Shown piece after piece: positions 11,462 to 22,153 of a stretch of 64,000 nt of DNA; position 1 is the stretch's first letter, and the number at the start of each line of letters is the position of its first letter. The notes under the pieces are model-generated. The model ran no database searches. It saw only the letters and a program-made list of their open reading frames with translations, and had not been told where the DNA came from. The DNA is from an uncultured cyanobacterium. Lineage in GTDB: Bacteria > Cyanobacteriota > Cyanobacteriia > Phormidesmidales > Phormidesmidaceae. A program made the position numbers and the translations under genes. The stretch is from assembly GCA_963793265.1 (NCBI GenBank), contig CAWBZI010000001.1, forward strand, positions 800,001-864,000, given 5' to 3'.

Positions 11462-12443
11462 ATGCTTGTTCCAAACCCAGACACTTTACTAGAGCAGTTG
11501 TATGAACTTGCCCCGCAGCTCACTGCGACCCGGTTGACTTTACTCAATCAAATGGCAATTGCGCTTCAAACTGAGTTTGAGGGATCGCTAGAAGCAAATA
11601 GTGATTTTGCTACGCCCATATTCTATGAGTACTTCGCTTGCCGCTTGCTAATTCACCATGCGGTAGTAGAAGAAAAGCTAAATAAGAAATCATTCGAGTA
11701 TATATTTCGAGATGCACTGCGACATGATGGAAAACCAGCGCGTCTTACGCTCAGTAGCGTACATCCTGGCGCTGACCTCATACTAGATGAGACTAGGTTT
11801 TCGCTAAGAAAACATATTCTATGAGTACTTCGCTTGCCGCTTGCTAATTCACCATGCGGTAGTAGAAGAAAAGCTAAATAAGAAATCATTCGAGTATATA
11901 TTTCGAGATGCACTGCGACATGATGGAAAACCAGCGCGTCTTACGCTCAGTAGCGTACATCCTGGCGCTGACCTCATACTAGATGAGACTAGGTTTTCGC
12001 TCAAGACCGAGGCATCAAGAGGCATTCGAGCTACAAAAATCACTATTTCTAAGCTTATGGAGGCGCGTTGGATTCGCGACAAAGACAAATTTGGCTTAGC
12101 ACAAGAATCGGTACGAAGGCTGAGTGATCACCTTCAAGGTTACGACCGAATCGTGATGCTTCGGGCCGCTTACCTAGCCTCAGAACAAGTGAAATATGAC
12201 TTGGTAGAAATCCCTCATGAGCTGTTAGCGCTAGCCACTCAAATAGGGGTAGAAGATATTGCGATCAGTAGAGGGCGTAGTGGTGGTGGGAGTGCCGTTG
12301 TCCGGCAAAATGGACGAGCCGTTTTCACACTGAAATTTGACGGAAGCGTAGAAAAGATAACGATCACAAATTTGCTGATAGAGCATTGTACTATCCATGC
12401 AACTTGGACAATCCCGCTAATCACGACATATCAACCCCAGTAA
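11462..12443 (+). CDS. Type II restriction endonuclease, SmaI-like, split by a 196-bp duplication
   Basis: RLLIHH, KKSFE, HPGADL..SLKTEA, ISKLME, HLQGYDRI, YDLVEIP, FDG and LLIEHCTIHATW parallel R.SmaI as I recall it. Removing 11617-11812 gives one 261-aa ORF. Confidence 0.8.
11617..12006. repeat. Tandem duplication (196-bp period) in the endonuclease gene
   Basis: 11617-11809 vs 11813-12006, differing by one base at the end of copy 1, with an AAA junction. Confidence 0.97.
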
Positions 12444-12521
12444 ATATTATCTGTCGCTCGCGCCCTTCATCCTTCATAATGAAAAGGTTTTATTTATAGT
12501 AGTCATTACCTGCTTGTCGCC

Positions 12522-14330
12522 ATGCGTAGCTTTTATTGCGGTCACCTCCGAGCTGAGCACATCGAAAAGACCGTCACGCTCTACGGCTGGGTCGATCGCA
12601 GGCGCGACCATGGCGGCGTCGTATTTCTAGATTTGCGCGATCGCACCGGCACCGTCCAAATCGTCAGCGACCCCGAGCGCACCCCCGACTCCTACCCCAT
12701 CGCTGAAGAAGTCCGCAACGAATACGTCGTTAAAGTGGTAGGCCGCGTCACCCAGCGCCCCGAAGAGTCGCTCAATCCCAAGCTCCCTACCGGCCAGGTA
12801 GAAATTTACGCCGACGAGCTAACTATCCTTAACGCCGTGCGCAAGCAGATGCCCTTCCAGGTATCGACCGCCGATGAAGAAAACGTGCGCGAAGACCTGC
12901 GGCTAAAGTATCGATATTTAGATTTGAGACGCGATCGCATGGCCCGCAACATGCGCCTGCGCCACAACATCATCAAATCCATCCGCCGATTCCTTGAAGA
13001 CCAGGAAGACTTCATGGAAATCGAAACCCCCATCCTCACCCGCTCCACCCCCGAAGGCGCGCGCGACTTCATCCTGCCCTCCCGCGTTAACGAAGGCGAC
13101 TGGTTCGCCCTGCCCCAATCACCCCAGCTATTCAAGCAAATCCTCATGGTGGCGGGGATGGATCGCTACTATCAGGTCGCCCGCTGCTTCCGCGACGAAG
13201 ACTTGCGAGCCGACCGCCAGCCCGAGTTCACCCAGCTCGACATGGAAATGAGCTTCATGGACGAAGAAGAAATTCTCGCTCTCAACGAACGCCTGCTCGC
13301 CTACGTCTTCAAAGCCGTCAAAGACATCGACATTCCCACGCCCTTCCCCCGGCTCACCTACGCCGAGGCCATGGATCGCTACGGCAGCGACAAGCCCGAT
13401 ACCCGCTACGGCCTAGAGCTAGTAGACGTTTCAGATATTGTTAAAGAGTCTGGATTCAAGGTGTTTTCGGGCGCGGTTTCTAGCGGCGGACAGGTGAAGG
13501 TGCTGCCGATTCCTAACGGTAACGACGCGATTTCTAATGTGAGAATTAAGCCCAAAGGCGATCTATTTAAGGTTGCTACCGATGCAGGTGCGCGAGGAGT
13601 GGCCTACATTCGAGTGCGTGAAGACGGTGAGATTGACACGATTGGCGCGATTAAAGACAATCTTACGCCTGAGCAAAAGCAGACGCTATTAGAGAGAACG
13701 GGCGCACAGCCAGGGCATTTACTGCTCTTTGGGGCGGGCGATGTGAGTACGGTGAATGCGACTTTGGATAAACTGAGACAGGCGATCGCACAAGAACTCA
13801 AGCTCATCGACGAAAGCAAAACCAACCTGCTCTGGATCACCGAATTCCCCATGTTCGAGTGGAACGCCGACGAGAACCGCTACGAAGCTTTGCACCATCC
13901 CTTCACCGCACCGCATCCCGAAGATATTGACGACCTCACCACCGCCCGCGCCGTTGCCTACGACATCGTATATAACGGCTACGAAATCGGCGGCGGCTCC
14001 CTGCGCATTTACCAGCCTGACGTGCAGGCCAAAGTCTTTGAAACCATCGGCCTTTCTGAGGAAGAAGCCAACGATAAGTTTGGCTTTTTGCTAGAGGCGT
14101 TTGAGTACGGCACACCGCCGCATGGGGGCATTGCTTACGGGCTCGACAGGCTTGTAATGCTGCTAGCTGGTGAGCAGTCTATTCGAGAAGCGATCGCCTT
14201 CCCCAAAACCCAACAGGCCCGCGATTTACTCACCAACGCCCCTTCAGGCGTAGACGACAGTCAGCTTCGAGATTTGCACGTCAAATCGACCTTTAAGCCC
14301 AAGGCAAAAGCGGAAGAGAAAAAGAGCTAG
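12522..14330 (+). CDS. aspS: Aspartate--tRNA ligase
   Basis: [38 protein letters not shown] and [12 protein letters not shown]. Confidence 0.98.
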   Translation: MRSFYCGHLRAEHIEKTVTLYGWVDRRRDHGGVVFLDLRDRTGTVQIVSDPERTPDSYPIAEEVRNEYVVKVVGRVTQRPEESLNPKLPTGQVEIYADELTILNAVRKQMPFQVSTADEENVREDLRLKYRYLDLRRDRMARNMRLRHNIIKSIRRFLEDQEDFMEIETPILTRSTPEGARDFILPSRVNEGDWFALPQSPQLFKQILMVAGMDRYYQVARCFRDEDLRADRQPEFTQLDMEMSFMDEEEILALNERLLAYVFKAVKDIDIPTPFPRLTYAEAMDRYGSDKPDTRYGLELVDVSDIVKESGFKVFSGAVSSGGQVKVLPIPNGNDAISNVRIKPKGDLFKVATDAGARGVAYIRVREDGEIDTIGAIKDNLTPEQKQTLLERTGAQPGHLLLFGAGDVSTVNATLDKLRQAIAQELKLIDESKTNLLWITEFPMFEWNADENRYEALHHPFTAPHPEDIDDLTTARAVAYDIVYNGYEIGGGSLRIYQPDVQAKVFETIGLSEEEANDKFGFLLEAFEYGTPPHGGIAYGLDRLVMLLAGEQSIREAIAFPKTQQARDLLTNAPSGVDDSQLRDLHVKSTFKPKAKAEEKKS

Positions 14331-14460
14331 GCCGAAACAACCCAAGCGAAGCAGAGAGATAAAGAGACTCTGAAGCCTTAGCCCTATAGGCTGAATTCTC
14401 ACGTGTCTCTTAGGCAACTACGTTAGGATCAGGCGCAAGCATTTCGCCTTAGCCCTTTTC

Positions 14461-14781
14461 ATGTTCATTGCGCTGACAATTATCATTGGTCTAATCCCAG
14501 CCGCCGTTTCTCTCTTCGTTTGCCTATACTCACGCAGGCAATTTCAGCAAAGCCTGCACATCGCCGCCGACCGTGCCGCCCAAGAACGGTTTCGCTACCT
14601 CAGCGATCGCCCACGCAACCCTGACGCCCACTACGTCGAAGGCATGGGCATGGTCATAGGCGACATCACCTGTCAGCTCAACGCCAGATCGCCCTTTTTG
14701 CGGTGCGCTCCTAATCCCTCCGGCCCCTGTGAAGGATGCCGAGAGTATGAAGGCAAAGAGTACGACAAAGAAGGCTGCTAG
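14461..14781 (+). CDS. DUF6464-like cyanobacterial membrane protein
   Basis: N-terminal TM helix and IGDITCQLNARSPFLRCAPNPSGPCEGC. Confidence 0.75.
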   Translation: MFIALTIIIGLIPAAVSLFVCLYSRRQFQQSLHIAADRAAQERFRYLSDRPRNPDAHYVEGMGMVIGDITCQLNARSPFLRCAPNPSGPCEGCREYEGKEYDKEGC

Positions 14782-14786
14782 ATCCG

Positions 14787-14825
14787 GCTCCCTTCTCCTT
14801 CGGGAGAAGGGCTGGGGATGAGGGC
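14787..14825. repeat. Cyanobacterial short palindromic dispersed repeat (REP/SDR-like)
   Basis: CCCTTCTCC-TTCG-GGAGAAGGG hairpin followed by GGGGATGAGGG, between convergent genes. Confidence 0.75.
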
Positions 14826-14850
14826 GACGAGAATGCATGAAACAACCAAT

Positions 14851-16110
14851 TCACCTCAGCCGCAACCAACCTTCCACCCGCTCAACCAGCCCATCCACCT
14901 CCGACTCCAAAGACAGATAGTGCACACACGCCCGCACGCAGTTAGGCGACAGCAGCGTCCGCAAATAAATCTTCTGTCCCTCCAAATCCTTCACCAACCC
15001 GCCGTGCAGCTCAGGGCTCGGCATCCCATCCTTCATAAGCTGAAAAGACACCAACCCCGATGGCGGTGGCCCCTCCGTCAGCAAACACGCCACCCCATCC
15101 AACTCTCGCAATCCCTGCCACAGCCGATCACTCAACGCGCAAATCCGCCCGTAGCGTTCCGCACTCGACCCCCAGCTATCTTGCAGTGCGATCGCTGCTT
15201 TCAACCCACTCCACAAAGGATAGTCAGAAGTCGCCACCTCATACCGCCGCCCGTCCGGCGTCCACCCCGCAGGTTCTCCAGCCTCATTCACATTAATGCC
15301 ACGCCAGCCTACAAACGTCGGAGCCGTCTGCGCCAAAGCCTCCGGCCTGACATACAGCGCCCCAAGCCCCGCCGGGCCGCACCACCACTTATGCCCGGTA
15401 AAAGCGTAGTAGTCCACCTCAGTATCAGACAACAGCCAGTCGGGTTGATCCAACGGTAGCGAGCCCGCCGACTGCGCTGCATCTACCAGCACCCGAGTCT
15501 GAGGTGCATTGCTATGACAAGCTGCAACAATCTCCTTCAGCGGCAACACCTGCCCTGTATTCCATAGAATATGGCTAATGATCACCAGCCGAGTGTTTGG
15601 CTGTAGCCCCTGCTCAATCACCGCCACCGGATCGCCGCCGTTCATCGTCGCTGATAACGAACAAGTGCTCACCTGCAAGTCATACCGGCGGCTCAGCTCC
15701 GCAACCGCAGCCACCACACCCGGATGCTCGCAGTCTCCTAGCAAAATATGGTCGCCGCTCTGCCAGGGCAACCCCCACAGCGGAATATTGCAGCCCACCG
15801 TCACGTTTTCAGTAAGCGTAATCGTTTCAGGCACGGTGCCCAAAGCGCGGGCGATCGCCCCTCTCACCGCCACCCCTTCCGAACTTAGCCAGGCATACGC
15901 CGCACTCGAAAACGGCCCCTCCGTCTGAATTTTGAGCTGCGACTGATGTACAGCAGCGATCGCACTATCGGCCATCGGCCCCTGACCGCCATAGTTAAAA
16001 TACTGCTTGTTTGCCAGCGGCGAAAACTGCTGCCGGTGCCGCACAACTGAGCTGTCATCTATCAAACTGGCATCTGTCGAACTGGCTTTAGCGGTCGAAT
16101 GAGCTACCAA
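14851..16110 (-). CDS. Class V aminotransferase, cysteine/cystine lyase-like
   Basis: YFNYGGQG, EHPG, SHILWNTG, VDAAQS and FTGHKW. Confidence 0.9.
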   Translation of the reverse strand: MVAHSTAKASSTDASLIDDSSVVRHRQQFSPLANKQYFNYGGQGPMADSAIAAVHQSQLKIQTEGPFSSAAYAWLSSEGVAVRGAIARALGTVPETITLTENVTVGCNIPLWGLPWQSGDHILLGDCEHPGVVAAVAELSRRYDLQVSTCSLSATMNGGDPVAVIEQGLQPNTRLVIISHILWNTGQVLPLKEIVAACHSNAPQTRVLVDAAQSAGSLPLDQPDWLLSDTEVDYYAFTGHKWWCGPAGLGALYVRPEALAQTAPTFVGWRGINVNEAGEPAGWTPDGRRYEVATSDYPLWSGLKAAIALQDSWGSSAERYGRICALSDRLWQGLRELDGVACLLTEGPPPSGLVSFQLMKDGMPSPELHGGLVKDLEGQKIYLRTLLSPNCVRACVHYLSLESEVDGLVERVEGWLRLR

Positions 16111-16182
16111 TGTAAAATCCCTCTAACAAAATAATCGCTGTCTACTACTCTAAATAACAAACTCACCCGTCGAATTAGGTTT

Positions 16183-16740
16183 ATGTCAAAACTCAAAAGC
16201 GCTCGCCCGCAGAAAACAGCACTCACACTTGCCAGCGCCTTTATATTGAGCGCGATCGCTAGCTGTAGCAACACCGTCTCCCAGTGCAAACAATTTGCCG
16301 ACATCACTCAGCAGTATCAAACCCTCAGAACCGAATTTGAAGAAGATTTAGGCAGCGCTCAGATCATGATATCTAGTGCGCAGAGCTTAGCAGATACCCA
16401 TCAGGCGGCTGACCGCTACATTGATGTCATCAGCACTACCGCCAGTGAAATCAATGAGATGGCCCAAAGTCTCAGCGGGCTTGATATTTCCGACGAACAG
16501 CTTGCCGAGTATCGAGAAAACTACGTGATTACGCTTACCGGCTCCGAAGCAGCCCTAGAATCAGCCAGTGACGCGATGCAGCTCGTACGCGATGCCAAAA
16601 CAGAAGAAGACTTAAGAAAAGTTTTTAACGAGCATCAGTCAAAAGGCACTCGCGCCTACAACGACTACCTGACGATGAACAGCCGAGAAGCACCGCTGAT
16701 CGAACAAATTAACGCCTACTGCAGCGAGCCACCTCAATAG
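16183..16740 (+). CDS. Hypothetical helical lipoprotein
   Basis: Signal peptide ending in AIASC (lipobox-like). Confidence 0.65.
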   Translation: MSKLKSARPQKTALTLASAFILSAIASCSNTVSQCKQFADITQQYQTLRTEFEEDLGSAQIMISSAQSLADTHQAADRYIDVISTTASEINEMAQSLSGLDISDEQLAEYRENYVITLTGSEAALESASDAMQLVRDAKTEEDLRKVFNEHQSKGTRAYNDYLTMNSREAPLIEQINAYCSEPPQ

Positions 16741-16861
16741 ACGATTCTTTAGGAATCTAGAAAAACTGACTGTTCAACCAGAGTGGTATTTGAGTAGATG
16801 AACACCAGAGCGATAAGATCTGAGCCGTAAGGCTATCGTTCTGTTCTATTTTATCTCTGGT

Positions 16862-18214
16862 GTGGTGATGACTTTCTTGCAGCTAATTGATGCGGCCCCT
16901 CATAAAACTCTAGAAGTTGATGGCAGCAAAGCCGGGCCGCTAATCGGAGAAATTACCGTACCCGGCGATAAGTCAATTTCCCACCGTTCGCTGATGCTGG
17001 GCGCGATCGCTCAAGGCACCACCCGCATCAAAGGACTCCTCTTGGGCGAAGATCCTCGCAGCACCGCCGCCTGCTTCAGCGCCATGGGAGCCAAAATATC
17101 CGAACTAGAAAACGAGTGGATCACCGTAGAAGGCACAGGCGGAAAACTGCAAGAACCCGATGACGTTTTAGACACCGGCAACTCAGGCACCACCTTTCGA
17201 CTCATGCTTGGCCTGCTCGCCTCCCAGCCCAACAAATTCTTCGCAGTGACCGGCGACGACTCCATCCGCGCTCGCCCCATGAAGCGCGTCATCGCTCCGC
17301 TGACCGAAATGGGAGCCACCATCGCAGGCAAAGCCGACAACACCCTCGCCCCCCTCGGCGTAAAAGGCCAGCAGCTCCGCCCCTTCCACTACCACTCACC
17401 GATCGCCTCTGCCCAGGTCAAATCCTGCCTCCTGCTCGCGGGCCTTTCTATCAACGGCGACACCACCGTCACCGAACCCAGCCTCTCTCGCGACCACAGC
17501 GAAAGAATGCTAAAAGCCTTTGGTGCAAACCTCTCCATCGACCACACCACCAATAGCGTCACCCTCCACGGCCCCGCCCAGCTCACCGGCCAAACCGTCA
17601 TCGTCCCTGGAGACATCAGCTCAGCGGCCTTCTGGCTCGTCGCCGCTGCCATCACCCCCGGCTCTAACCTGCTGATCAAAAACGTAGGCATTAACCCAAC
17701 TCGCACAGGCGTATTGGAAGCATTAGCCGCGATGGAAGCTGATATCACGCTAGAAAATGAGCGCGATGTAACCGGCGAACCCGTAGCCGATCTGCGTGTA
17801 CGGCACAGTTCGCTCGTCGGCTGCACCATCGGCGGCGACCTGATTCCTCGATTGATCGACGAGGTGCCAGCCTTGGCGGTCGCTGCGCTGTTTGCTCAAG
17901 GCACGACTGAAATTACAGATGCGGCTGAGCTGAGGGTAAAAGAGAGCGATCGCCTTGCCGTTATGGCCGCATCACTCACGCAGATGGGCGGCAAAGTCAC
18001 CGAACATCCCGAAGGCTTAGAAATTGTTGGCATGGGGGCTAACGCGAAGCTCACTGCCGCCAGGCTAGACAGCTACACCGACCACCGAATTGCTATGAGT
18101 TTGGCCGTTGCCACCACGCGCGCTACGGGCACCTCTCACATTCACCGGGCCGAAGCCGCTGCCGTCTCCTACCCCGACTTTATGGAAACCCTAGCCAGCT
18201 TTAGCCAAAAGTAA
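16862..18214 (+). CDS. aroA: 3-phosphoshikimate 1-carboxyvinyltransferase
   Basis: [27 protein letters not shown] and DHRIAM. Confidence 0.98.
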   Translation: MVMTFLQLIDAAPHKTLEVDGSKAGPLIGEITVPGDKSISHRSLMLGAIAQGTTRIKGLLLGEDPRSTAACFSAMGAKISELENEWITVEGTGGKLQEPDDVLDTGNSGTTFRLMLGLLASQPNKFFAVTGDDSIRARPMKRVIAPLTEMGATIAGKADNTLAPLGVKGQQLRPFHYHSPIASAQVKSCLLLAGLSINGDTTVTEPSLSRDHSERMLKAFGANLSIDHTTNSVTLHGPAQLTGQTVIVPGDISSAAFWLVAAAITPGSNLLIKNVGINPTRTGVLEALAAMEADITLENERDVTGEPVADLRVRHSSLVGCTIGGDLIPRLIDEVPALAVAALFAQGTTEITDAAELRVKESDRLAVMAASLTQMGGKVTEHPEGLEIVGMGANAKLTAARLDSYTDHRIAMSLAVATTRATGTSHIHRAEAAAVSYPDFMETLASFSQK

Positions 18215-18490
18215 ACAGCCAGGAGCAGACTTAGGAAACAATACCTATCTCAAACCAGTCACCAGTTCAAACAGCTAGATTACGGTTCTCCTCATTAACC
18301 CCAAAAGTGCCTTATCTTAGGCTACTTTTCAAGCATCTACCTACCCAAGTTTGATCCCGCACTGACGCGCGCGGGCACCCTATACCTATCCAACCAGCTT
18401 GAGTTTGGCCGCATAAAATGGCCCGTAACGCGCTGATTTTCACCGACTGTCTTTTCCCTCTATCGGAAGACGTAAGGGCTTAAAACGTTC

Positions 18491-20278
18491 ATGCAAAAAG
18501 TTTTAGTCATTGAGAGCCCAAGCGTCAGGCGCGCTGAGTTGATCGCTTACTTAGAGTCTGAAGACTTTTTGGTGAATGTCGCTGACGATGGGGCTGCAGG
18601 TATTGCGGCCTGTCGTCAGCACCGCCCCGATGTGGTGCTGTGTAGCTGGTCGTTTGGCGCAGGTCAATATAGCGGACTTGACGGGCATCAGGTGCTCCAG
18701 GCGATGCGCCAGGATAGCGAACTGCGACTGACGCCATTCGTGTTACTGACTGAAGTTACTGAGCGATCGCACACCCGCCGCGCCATGGAGCTTGGGGCCG
18801 ACGACTGTATTGTCCGCCCCGTGAGTCACCCCGAAATCGTCAACACCATCACAGCCCGCATTGATCGCCAAGTCGCCACCAGCGAGCTATACGTCACCAC
18901 TCTCCGCAACACCGCCGAACAGCTCAATCGCCTGGCTCATTACGACAGCCTCACCGATCTCCCCAACTATCACCTGCTGCACCAGCGCCTCAGCCAGGCC
19001 ATCACCGCTGCCCACAGCAGCCAGCACACCCTCGCCTTCATGTCCGTCAGCCTAGATCGCCTGCGTCTGGTCAACACCGTCATGGGCTACCCCTCCGGCG
19101 ACGAACTCCTTAAAGCCTCAGCCAGGCGAATGCAAGCCTGCCTGCCCCCCGGTGCAACGCTTGCCCGGCTAACCGCTAACCAGTTCGCCGTCGTGCTACC
19201 CAACCTACAAAGGCCACAGCAGGCCAGAGAAACGGCTGAAGATTTCATGGACGCGCTCAGCCGTCCCTTTTCGCTACCCGGCCAAGAGGTCTTCGTCACC
19301 ACTAGCATCGGCATCGCTTTTTTACTCCACCAAAGCGAAGATATCTACACGCTGCTACGTCAGGCAGATGCGGCTTTGGAGTATGCCAAAAAGCAAAAAA
19401 GCAATCACTGCCAGTTCTACCGCTCCGACATGCCCGTCGCCTTTAGCGACCAAATCGCAATGGAAACCTGGCTGCGCTACGCGCTAGAACGCAGCGAGTT
19501 TGAGGTGTACTACCAGCCCCAGCTCAACCTCAATAGCGATATTGCGGGTGGCAGCGTAGAGGGCTGCGAGGCGCTGATTCGCTGGCGGCATCCTGAACAT
19601 GGCTATATTTCGCCTGCTAAGTTTGTGCCCCTAGCAGAAGACACGGGCCTAATTATCAAAATTGGACAGTGGGTACTTGAAACGGCCTGCGCTCAGGCAA
19701 AACAGTGGATATCGATGGGCTCGGGCATGAAGTACGTCTCGATCAATCTATCGAGCGTTCAGTTCAATCAACCCAGCCTGATTGAGTCGATTAAAAACAC
19801 CTTAGCCACCACGGGCCTTGCGCCTCATCAGCTAGAGCTAGAGGTAACTGAAACGGCGCTGATGCAAGATGCGGCCTCCGCGATCGCTATCCTCTCAGAG
19901 CTTAAAAGCTTAGGCATTCGCACCGCCATTGACGACTTTGGCACCGGCTATTCCTCTTTGAGCTATCTCAAAGAGCTGCCTATCGATACGCTCAAAATCG
20001 ATAACTGCTTTGTGCGAGGAGCCAACCACGACGCTAAAAATCAGGCAATTTTGCAGTCCACGATTGAGCTGGCCCATCGGTTGAATCTTAAAGTCGTTGC
20101 CGAGGGCGTAGAGAATGCTGATGAGCAGGCGCTATTGACGCACTATCAATGCGACTACTTGCAGGGCTATTGGGTGGGCAAGCCGATGTCTACCGCTGAG
20201 ATTGAGAAGAGATATATGAGCGATCGCGCCAATAGCAGCACCTCTGAAGATCGCACTGCCGAACCTACGCTTGCGTAA
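18491..20278 (+). CDS. REC-GGDEF-EAL protein (probable c-di-GMP phosphodiesterase)
   Basis: Receiver fold, degenerate GGDEF (TANQF), intact EAL and DDFGTGYSS. Confidence 0.9.
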   Translation: MQKVLVIESPSVRRAELIAYLESEDFLVNVADDGAAGIAACRQHRPDVVLCSWSFGAGQYSGLDGHQVLQAMRQDSELRLTPFVLLTEVTERSHTRRAMELGADDCIVRPVSHPEIVNTITARIDRQVATSELYVTTLRNTAEQLNRLAHYDSLTDLPNYHLLHQRLSQAITAAHSSQHTLAFMSVSLDRLRLVNTVMGYPSGDELLKASARRMQACLPPGATLARLTANQFAVVLPNLQRPQQARETAEDFMDALSRPFSLPGQEVFVTTSIGIAFLLHQSEDIYTLLRQADAALEYAKKQKSNHCQFYRSDMPVAFSDQIAMETWLRYALERSEFEVYYQPQLNLNSDIAGGSVEGCEALIRWRHPEHGYISPAKFVPLAEDTGLIIKIGQWVLETACAQAKQWISMGSGMKYVSINLSSVQFNQPSLIESIKNTLATTGLAPHQLELEVTETALMQDAASAIAILSELKSLGIRTAIDDFGTGYSSLSYLKELPIDTLKIDNCFVRGANHDAKNQAILQSTIELAHRLNLKVVAEGVENADEQALLTHYQCDYLQGYWVGKPMSTAEIEKRYMSDRANSSTSEDRTAEPTLA

Positions 20279-20512
20279 AATACGGCCATAATCCTACCCG
20301 AGAATAAATACGCGAGTATTTTCTCTGAGTTTCATAAATACGGCTGAGTTGCCTTCTATCAAAGGACTACAGCCGTTTTTTGTTGTTCTAAAAGCCGTGA
20401 AAATACTAAATTCAGTAGGTAAAGTCAAAAAGGATACCGTAATTACCCTAGGATCTTCGGGCATCTTAATCACACGATGTTCTGAAGGATTCTGCGGAAT
20501 CGAAACCTAACT

Positions 20513-21037
20513 ATGACTATGCAAGCGACCGTTAATCAAATCGGCCAGATTGACATCGGTGAATCCCTCAGCGATGCTTCTTTTCGCGAGTCTATCGGTG
20601 AAGCGCTAAGTGAGGCCCTCGGTGGAGCCCTCAGCCATGGCCGTATGAACAACTTCGTCAGCAGCGTCAATGCCTACGCTGACATGAGCCCCGATCTTTC
20701 CGTTCGCAAAGATGTCAACACCTGGATGATCAGACGCGATCGCCAATCTCTAGATCTCACCGACTGGTGCGCCCTCTTCGGCAACGCTGATAACGCCGTC
20801 TTAGCTTTTATCTACGAATCTTTTAGCGAATACTCCGGCCTCGACTTCAGCTACGTCCGCCCCAATGACAGCCTCAATAGCCACCTGAAATTCCCCCTTG
20901 TATGCTGGTTCGACTGGTCAATTACTTTCTGCGAAGCGTTCTTTCAAGCCTTTGATGTAGACTTGAGCGATCGCTTTGACGAAGCCGACTTCATCACCAT
21001 TGGCGAACTTGCAAACTTCTTGGTCGCTCAGGTATAG
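20513..21037 (+). CDS. Hypothetical cyanobacterial protein
   Basis: 174-aa ORF with coding-like composition. The acidic C-terminus weakly resembles an acyl carrier protein. Confidence 0.65.
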   Translation: MTMQATVNQIGQIDIGESLSDASFRESIGEALSEALGGALSHGRMNNFVSSVNAYADMSPDLSVRKDVNTWMIRRDRQSLDLTDWCALFGNADNAVLAFIYESFSEYSGLDFSYVRPNDSLNSHLKFPLVCWFDWSITFCEAFFQAFDVDLSDRFDEADFITIGELANFLVAQV

Positions 21038-21174
21038 GAGGCAGATATAAATTCCAGCGTTACCTACGGTTGCACATCTTAAAAATCTATTACAGTTGCG
21101 CGATCGCCCCTACTCGATTTTGATACCCTTTATAAAACGAATAGAACTCAAGTGCGTAGTCGTAAAGGATTTTC

Positions 21175-21693
21175 ATGCCAAGAACTCAGAAAAACGACAA
21201 CTTTATCGACAAGTCTTTCACAGTCATGGCCGACATGATTTTGAAGATGCTACCGGCCAAGCAGCAGGCCAAAGAAGCCTTTGCCTACTACCGTGACGGT
21301 ATGTCAGCTCAGGCTGATGGTGAATACGCCGAAGCCATGGACAACTACAAAGAAGCCCTCACCCTAGAGGAAGATCCCTACGATAAAGGCTACATCCTCT
21401 ACAACATGGGTCTTATCCACGCGAGTAACGGCGAGCACGACGAGGCGCTCAAGCTTTACCAAGAAGCCCTAGATCTTAACCCTCGCATGATTCAGGCGCT
21501 CAATAATACGGCTGTGATTTATCATTACCGGGGCGAGCAGGCCGAAGCCTCCGGTGATAAAACCGCGTCCGATAAGCTGTACGACGAAGCAGCGCGCTAC
21601 TGGCTAGAGGCCGTCCGCATGGCTCCGAATAACTACATCGAAGCTCAGAACTGGCTCAAGGTGACTGGTCGAATGAAGCTCGATATGATCTAG
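21175..21693 (+). CDS. ycf3: Photosystem I assembly TPR protein Ycf3
   Basis: [29 protein letters not shown] and [13 protein letters not shown]. Confidence 0.98.
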   Translation: MPRTQKNDNFIDKSFTVMADMILKMLPAKQQAKEAFAYYRDGMSAQADGEYAEAMDNYKEALTLEEDPYDKGYILYNMGLIHASNGEHDEALKLYQEALDLNPRMIQALNNTAVIYHYRGEQAEASGDKTASDKLYDEAARYWLEAVRMAPNNYIEAQNWLKVTGRMKLDMI

Positions 21694-21751
21694 CCGGTCG
21701 AATCGGCTGGCAAATAGCGTATTATCGGCTTATTCACGGTAGATTTTACTC

Positions 21752-22042
21752 ATGATTGATATCGATCAGGTTCGCAAAGTGGCTAGCCTCGCCCGACTAG
21801 AGCTAAGCGAGGCCGAAGAGCAGCAGTTCACTGGCCAGCTTAATAGCATTCTGGACTATGTGCAGCAGCTCGACGAGCTAGACACTACAGACGTACCGCC
21901 CACCACTCGGGCCATTGAGGTGAGCAACATTACTCGCCCCGATACGTTAGAGGTTTTTGCCGAGCGAGAAGACATCCTCGATAGCGCGCCTGAACGTGAG
22001 GCAGACTTTTTCAAGGTGCCGAAAATCATGGGCGGCGACTAG
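21752..22042 (+). CDS. gatC: Asp/Glu-tRNA amidotransferase subunit C
   Basis: [18 protein letters not shown] and FFKVPKI. Confidence 0.96.
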   Translation: MIDIDQVRKVASLARLELSEAEEQQFTGQLNSILDYVQQLDELDTTDVPPTTRAIEVSNITRPDTLEVFAEREDILDSAPEREADFFKVPKIMGGD

Positions 22043-22063
22043 CCTACGCTTCCAAATCCATAG

Positions 22064-22100
22064 AAAAAGCCCTAGCAGAATGCTCTTGCTAGGGCTTTTT
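22064..22100. terminator. Bidirectional intrinsic terminator
   Basis: AAAAAGCCCTAGCA...TGCTAGGGCTTTTT between convergent genes. Confidence 0.85.
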
Positions 22101-22153
22101 GTTTGAGTTACTACGAGGGAGGCATGGTATGTCGGTCGTTCAGATCAAAGACA

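Noticed and set aside
9975..12006. Repeats as a CRISPR array or a DGR template/variable repeat pair
   Set aside because: These are two-copy tandem duplications of coding sequence with no spacers. The differences are indels, not adenine-specific substitutions, and no cas or reverse transcriptase gene is present.
14818..15459. 213-aa + strand ORF and many other antisense ORFs in the track
   Set aside because: Shadows of well-supported genes on the opposite strand or frame, with no recognisable motifs.
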